A stretch of DNA of 64,000 bases from Phascolarctobacterium succinatutens (GTDB taxonomy: Bacteria; Bacillota; Negativicutes; Acidaminococcales; Acidaminococcaceae). A program made the position numbers and the translations under genes. The stretch covers positions 150,675 through 214,674 of the forward strand of contig NZ_CAUDZA010000001.1 of NCBI RefSeq assembly GCF_958453765.1, read 5' to 3'. Below the pieces are notes generated by a model. That model ran no database searches, was not told where the DNA came from, and saw only the letters and a list, made by a program, of their open reading frames with translations. This document shows positions 59,508-64,000 of this stretch, piece after piece (the first letter of the stretch is position 1; every line of letters starts with the position of its first letter).

Positions 59508-60653
59508 ATGGAAAAGCAATTTATCTATGCAGATAATGCAGCTACAACAAAAATGAGCGACGTTGCCGTTAAAGCAATGCTGCCCTATCTTCAGGAAATA
59601 TATGCCAATGCTTCCAGCGTGCACCTTTTAGGTCAGCGCAGTGCAGCAGCTTTGTTTAGCGCACGGCAGCAGGTGGCACAGGTACTTAACTGTGCTCCGA
59701 AGGAAGTTTTCTTTACCTCCGGCGGCAGCGAAGCAGATAACCAGGCGCTTATCAGCGCTGCGGCCCTCGGCAAAAAGCAGGGCAAATGCCATATCGTTTC
59801 CACTGCCATGGAGCATCATGCTATTTTGCACACGCTCGAAGCTTTGCAAGCGGAAGGCTTTACCGTAACACTGCTGCGTCCGCAGGCTGACGGCATCGTC
59901 ACCGCCACGCAGGTAGCAGAAGCTATTACAGATACCACCTGCCTGGTTTCCGTCATGTACGCCAACAACGAAACAGGTGCCATCCAGCCTATACGCGAAA
60001 TCGGTGCTCTCTGCCGCAAGCGCGGCGTGCTTTTCCATACCGACGCCGTGCAGGCCGCAGGACATCTTACTATTGACGTACAGCGCGATAACATCGATAT
60101 GCTTTCGCTTTCCGCGCACAAATTCCATGGACCGAAGGGCATCGGCCTTTTATTCGCCAAGAGCAATCTTCAGCTTACAAGTCTTATCCGCGGCGGCGGT
60201 CAGGAGCGCGGCAAGCGTGCCGGTACTGAAAACCTTCCCGGCATCATCGGACTTGCCGCAGCGCTTAAAGATGCACAGGAAAATATGCAGCAAAATACTG
60301 CTTATATCACAGGTCTGCGCGATGCTCTGCGCAACGGTTTAGATAAAATTGACGGCGCCAGTTTCAACGGCAGCCGTGAGCATTGCCTGCCCGGTACTGT
60401 CAACTACAGCTTTCAGGGAGTAAACGGCGAAACACTGCTTTCGCTGCTTTCCAACGAAGGTATCTGCTGCTCGTCCGGCTCTGCCTGCTCCGCAGGCTCG
60501 CTAGAGCCCAGTCATGTACTGCTGGCTCTCGGCCTGAGCCACGAAACAGCTCAAAGCGCCCTGCGCTTTTCGCTGTGCGAATACAATACAATGGACGAAG
60601 TCCAAACAATTATAACTAAGGTTACAGAAGCGGTAAACCGCTTACGGAGGTAA
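59508..60653 (+). CDS. cysteine desulfurase (NifS/IscS/YrvO-like, class V aminotransferase)
   Basis: 381 aa; ...SAHKFHGPKGIG... PLP-Lys and C-terminal active-site Cys (SSGSACS). Confidence 0.88.
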   Translation: MEKQFIYADNAATTKMSDVAVKAMLPYLQEIYANASSVHLLGQRSAAALFSARQQVAQVLNCAPKEVFFTSGGSEADNQALISAAALGKKQGKCHIVSTAMEHHAILHTLEALQAEGFTVTLLRPQADGIVTATQVAEAITDTTCLVSVMYANNETGAIQPIREIGALCRKRGVLFHTDAVQAAGHLTIDVQRDNIDMLSLSAHKFHGPKGIGLLFAKSNLQLTSLIRGGGQERGKRAGTENLPGIIGLAAALKDAQENMQQNTAYITGLRDALRNGLDKIDGASFNGSREHCLPGTVNYSFQGVNGETLLSLLSNEGICCSSGSACSAGSLEPSHVLLALGLSHETAQSALRFSLCEYNTMDEVQTIITKVTEAVNRLRR

Positions 60654-60657
60654 AATT

Positions 60658-61737
60658 ATGCTGTCAACAGCTGCCAATTTAATAAAAAAGCTCGCCTGTG
60701 AGCATAATCTGAGCGACGCAGAGCTGTTGACGCTGATAACAAGCACTGAACCTGACACCAACAAGCTGCTCGCCTGCGAAGCGGATAAACTCCGCCGTAA
60801 ATATTACGATGACAAGGTCTATATCCGTGGTCTGATTGAATTCACCAATTACTGCAAAAACAACTGCTACTACTGCGGTATCCGCGCCGGCAACAGCCTT
60901 GCGGAACGCTACCGCCTTACACAGGAGGAAATTCTTGCCTGCTGTGCCGAAGGCTATAGGCTCGGTTTCCGTACCTTCGTGCTACAGGGTGGTGAGGATG
61001 CGTATTATACGGATGACAAAATCTGCGCTATCGTCAGCGCCATTCGCAAGCAGCATCCGGACTGCGCCATTACACTTTCCATCGGCGAAAAAAGCCGTGC
61101 CAGCTATCAGGCATACTTCAATGCAGGCGCCAACCGTTATCTGCTGCGCCACGAAACAGCGGATGCAGAGCATTACGCCAAGCTGCATCCTGCCAGTATG
61201 AGCCTGGAAAAACGTAAGCGCTGCCTATTTGACCTCAAGGAAATCGGTTATCAGGTTGGTTCTGGCTTCATGGTAGGCTCCCCCTACCAGACACCGCAAA
61301 ACCTTGTCAGCGACCTGCGCTTTCTGCAAAAGCTGCAGCCTGATATGATTGGCATAGGTCCTTATATTACACACGAGCACACGCCGTTTAAGGATATGCC
61401 AAGCGGTACTTTAGAGCAGACGTTGCGCCTGCTGTCTATCCTGCGACTGCTCTTCCCTTACGCGCTGCTGCCTTCGACAACAGCCCTTGGTACCATCCAT
61501 CCCAATGGACGCGAGTTGGGACTGCAGGCCGGTGGCAACGTCGTAATGCCTAACCTTTCGCCTGTAGGGGTACGCAAAAAATACGAGCTGTACGCCAACA
61601 AAATCTGTACCGGCGAGGAGGCAGCCCAATGCCGTGGCTGTCTGGAGGCACGCGTAAAAATAGCAGGCTATAACATAGTAACCGACAGAGGCGATGTATG
61701 CCGCACTTTAGATAAATCAGAAGGAGAAAAATTATGA
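60658..61737 (+). CDS. HydE-like radical SAM enzyme ([FeFe]-hydrogenase maturase HydE / BioB-like family)
   Basis: 359 aa; CKNNCYYCGIRAGN (Cx3Cx2C), RYLLRHETA, GFMVGSPYQT, DMIGIGPYITHEHTP, GGNVVMPNLSP blocks align with Thermotoga HydE from memory; sits 5 nt after nifS and overlaps mnmA by 4 nt. Confidence 0.65.
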   Translation: MLSTAANLIKKLACEHNLSDAELLTLITSTEPDTNKLLACEADKLRRKYYDDKVYIRGLIEFTNYCKNNCYYCGIRAGNSLAERYRLTQEEILACCAEGYRLGFRTFVLQGGEDAYYTDDKICAIVSAIRKQHPDCAITLSIGEKSRASYQAYFNAGANRYLLRHETADAEHYAKLHPASMSLEKRKRCLFDLKEIGYQVGSGFMVGSPYQTPQNLVSDLRFLQKLQPDMIGIGPYITHEHTPFKDMPSGTLEQTLRLLSILRLLFPYALLPSTTALGTIHPNGRELGLQAGGNVVMPNLSPVGVRKKYELYANKICTGEEAAQCRGCLEARVKIAGYNIVTDRGDVCRTLDKSEGEKL

Positions 61738-62807
61738 ACAAAAAAGCACTAATCGCTATGAGCGGCGGCGTTGATTCCAGCGTTTCCGCATTGATGATGC
61801 TAGAGCAGGGCTACGAATGCACCGGCGTAACCATGAAGCTTTTTGCCAACGAGGATATCGGCGTTTCCAAAGCCAACAGCTGCTGCTCTATCGATGACGT
61901 AGCAGATGCCCGCAGCGTAGCAACCAGCCTTGGCATGCCTTACTACGTTTTCAACTTTGCCGACCGCTTTGAACGCGACGTTATCGACCGCTTTGTTGAC
62001 GCTTACGTTAACGGCAGAACACCTAACCCCTGCATTGACTGCAACCGCTATCTGAAATTCGACCAGCTCTTCGTGCGTGCACAGGAGCTTGGCTGTGACT
62101 ATGTTGTCACCGGCCACTATGCGCAAATCAGCTATGATGAAGCCAAAGGCCGTTACCTGTTGCGTAAGGCAATTGATCCTTTGAAGGACCAAAGCTACGT
62201 GCTTTATTCCCTCACGCAGGAGCAGCTGGCACACGCTATGTTCCCACTCGGCGGCCTGCATAAGACACAGGTGCGCGAAATTGCCGAAAAGCATGGCTTC
62301 GTCAACGCTCAAAAGCATGACAGTCAGGATATCTGCTTTATCCAGACCGGCACCTACGCTGATTTTATCGAAGCACGCTTGGGCAGGAAATTCAAGCCCG
62401 GCAACTTCGTAGATGAGGCAGGCAACGTGCTTGGCAGACATAAAGGCATTATCCATTACACCGTCGGCCAACGCAAAGGCCTGGGCTTAGCGCTGCCGCA
62501 GCCTATGTACGTTAAAGAGATTGACACCAAGAACAACGCTGTTATCCTCACAACAAACGAGGGACTGTTCACCAAGAACGTTACAGCAAAGAACATTAAC
62601 CTTATCGACTGCGACGCTATCACCGAACCGCGTCGTGTGAAAGCACGCATCCGCTACCATCAGCAGGAGCAATGGGCAACTGTTACCCAGCCTGATGCAG
62701 ATACGTTGCAGCTCGTTTTTGACGAGCCTCAGCGCGCCATTACCAAAGGACAATCCGTGGTAATGTATGACGGTGACGTAGTTGTCGGCGGCGGCACAAT
62801 CGTATAA
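61734..62807 (+). CDS. mnmA: tRNA-specific 2-thiouridylase
   Basis: 357 aa; PP-loop SGGVDSS plus catalytic cysteines; start MNKKALIAMSGGVDSSV. Confidence 0.92.
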   Translation: MNKKALIAMSGGVDSSVSALMMLEQGYECTGVTMKLFANEDIGVSKANSCCSIDDVADARSVATSLGMPYYVFNFADRFERDVIDRFVDAYVNGRTPNPCIDCNRYLKFDQLFVRAQELGCDYVVTGHYAQISYDEAKGRYLLRKAIDPLKDQSYVLYSLTQEQLAHAMFPLGGLHKTQVREIAEKHGFVNAQKHDSQDICFIQTGTYADFIEARLGRKFKPGNFVDEAGNVLGRHKGIIHYTVGQRKGLGLALPQPMYVKEIDTKNNAVILTTNEGLFTKNVTAKNINLIDCDAITEPRRVKARIRYHQQEQWATVTQPDADTLQLVFDEPQRAITKGQSVVMYDGDVVVGGGTIV

Positions 62808-62823
62808 TACCCTGCAAATTAAA

Positions 62824-62867
62824 AGCATCAGTTGCTACAATAATTGTAGCAACTGATGCTCTTTTAT
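62824..62867 (+). terminator. terminator after mnmA
   Basis: 16-bp stem agcatcagttgctaca/tgtagcaactgatgct followed by a T-run. Confidence 0.75.
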
Positions 62868-63058
62868 TATACTCGTTCTGAATGAGTAATAATTTTACCA
62901 GTTGTCAGCAAAACCTTTTTAAGCATGATTAATATTTTCTTTATATATACATTGTTAACACTGACTCTATATGATAGAATATCAACAGGCAGATATAAAG
63001 CGAAACAATATTTTTATACCGCTCTAAAATAAGTTTGCCAGAAGTAAGGAGGAATAAT

Positions 63059-63598
63059 ATGAAATCATTAAAAGGCACCAAAACCGAAAAGAACCTGTTG
63101 GAGGCATTTGCTGGCGAATCCATGGCACGCAACAAATACACCTGGTTTGGTATTGTAGCCCGCAAAGCAGGCTATGATCAAATCGCTGAATTATTTGAGA
63201 AAACCGCTAATAATGAAAAAGCTCACGCTTATATGTGGTTCAAGGAATTAGACCAGTTAGGCGATACTGCAGCTAACCTTTTAGCAGCAGCTGAAGGCGA
63301 AAACCATGAATGGACCGATATGTATGTAAAAATGGCACAAGAAGCTGAGGAAGAAGGTTTCCCTGAAATCGCAGCAAAAATGCGCGGTGTTGCAGCTATC
63401 GAAAAACGTCATGAAGAACGCTATCGTAAACTCTTACAAAACATCGAAGAAATGAAGGTTTTCAGCAAAGACAGCGGCCTGACCATTTGGGAATGCCGCA
63501 ACTGTGGTCATATTGTAGTCGGCCCCAGCGCTCCGGAAGTTTGCCCTGTCTGCGCTCATCCGCAAGGTTTCTTTGAAGTACATATGGATAACTTCTAA
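63059..63598 (+). CDS. rbr: rubrerythrin (N-terminal diiron ferritin-like + C-terminal rubredoxin-like domain)
   Basis: About 179 aa from [27 protein letters not shown]; C-terminal CRNCG...CPVCAHP; RBS AAGGAGG. Confidence 0.88.
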   Translation: MKSLKGTKTEKNLLEAFAGESMARNKYTWFGIVARKAGYDQIAELFEKTANNEKAHAYMWFKELDQLGDTAANLLAAAEGENHEWTDMYVKMAQEAEEEGFPEIAAKMRGVAAIEKRHEERYRKLLQNIEEMKVFSKDSGLTIWECRNCGHIVVGPSAPEVCPVCAHPQGFFEVHMDNF

Positions 63599-63736
63599 GC
63601 TTATACATTTCCCCAAATGCATAAGAGAAAGTAGAAAAGTGTAGCGTAAAATTTACGTTGCACTTTTTCTTTATTTCCGTTTCAAAACCAATACGCAAAT
63701 GAAACGCAAATTTTTACGTTTCATTTCTGTTGCAAC

Positions 63737-63770
63737 AAAAAAGAGCCGTGCCTGCGCACGACTCTTTTTT
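63737..63770. terminator. bidirectional terminator between rbr and rlmH
   Basis: Stem agagccgtgc/gcacgactct flanked by an A-run and a T-run. Confidence 0.6.
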
Positions 63771-63787
63771 ACTGCTTATTCAGCTTA

Positions 63788-64000
63788 ACTTACCAATGAT
63801 ACTTTTCGCCTCTGCTGATTTTAAAAGCACGGTAAATCTGCTCAATCAGCAATAAACGTATCATCTGATGCGTAAAGGTCATTTTAGAAAAGCTCAGCGC
63901 CAAATCAGCACGCTTACGCAACGCATCAGTATAGCCAAAGGCACCGCCAATCACGAAGGTGATATGGCTGTTGCCGGCAAGCGCCAGCTCGTCGAGCTTT
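63788..64000 (-). CDS. rlmH: 23S rRNA (pseudouridine1915-N3)-methyltransferase RlmH, C-terminal part (runs off window end)
   Basis: Minus-strand translation ...[58 protein letters not shown] matches the SPOUT RlmH C-terminus. Confidence 0.8.

Noticed and set aside
1-64000. CRISPR arrays, transposases/IS elements, integrases, prophage genes
   Set aside because: Scanned both strands for regularly spaced direct repeats and for transposase- or integrase-like ORFs and found none. The only notable short repeat is the pair of 27-mers in the corA leader (2 copies, not an array).

Overview
The window is a 64-kb chromosomal stretch of mostly housekeeping genes with Firmicutes-type gene content. It also carries a small beta-barrel outer-membrane protein ending in Phe and a polyamine cluster, which suggests a diderm Firmicute (Negativicutes/Selenomonadales-like); that is inference only, and GC is about 50%. 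No CRISPR array, transposase, integrase or rRNA was seen.

Left to right the supported genes are: ftsH (partial), pyruvate carboxylase, an orphan 510-aa hypothetical, and a manB-galU-galE operon. Next comes a translationally coupled AAA ATPase + HNH nuclease pair that looks like a Septu (PtuA/PtuB) anti-phage system. It is followed by two permeases (DUF401-like and PutP/SSS), a HicAB toxin-antitoxin pair, and a six-gene polyamine cluster (speA-speE-CANSDH-nspC-aguA-aguB). After ilvN-ilvB there is a tRNA cluster (His-Gln-Lys-Leu) with a consensus promoter and tandem terminators. An L-serine utilisation operon then runs SSS transporter, HutP-family regulator, sdaAB, sdaAA, ridA. A TSCPD protein, corA (with a duplicated 27-nt leader repeat) and a DUF853 ATPase follow. 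The thiSFGHE operon comes next, with no recognisable TPP riboswitch. After it come ppa, alr, a 47-aa Cys-rich membrane peptide, a block of hydrolase and envelope genes, an OMP and a reverse rubrerythrin. The sirC-hemA-hemC-cobA/hemD-hemB-hemL operon follows. The window ends with an ECF S-component, an Rrf2 regulator, cysK, a nifS - HydE-like radical SAM - mnmA operon, a rubrerythrin and a partial rlmH.

The best candidates for something new or accessory are the Septu-like pair, the HutP paralog inside the serine operon, the HydE-like enzyme wedged into the tRNA-thiolation operon, the corA leader repeat, and a DnaA-box cluster far from any dnaA gene.
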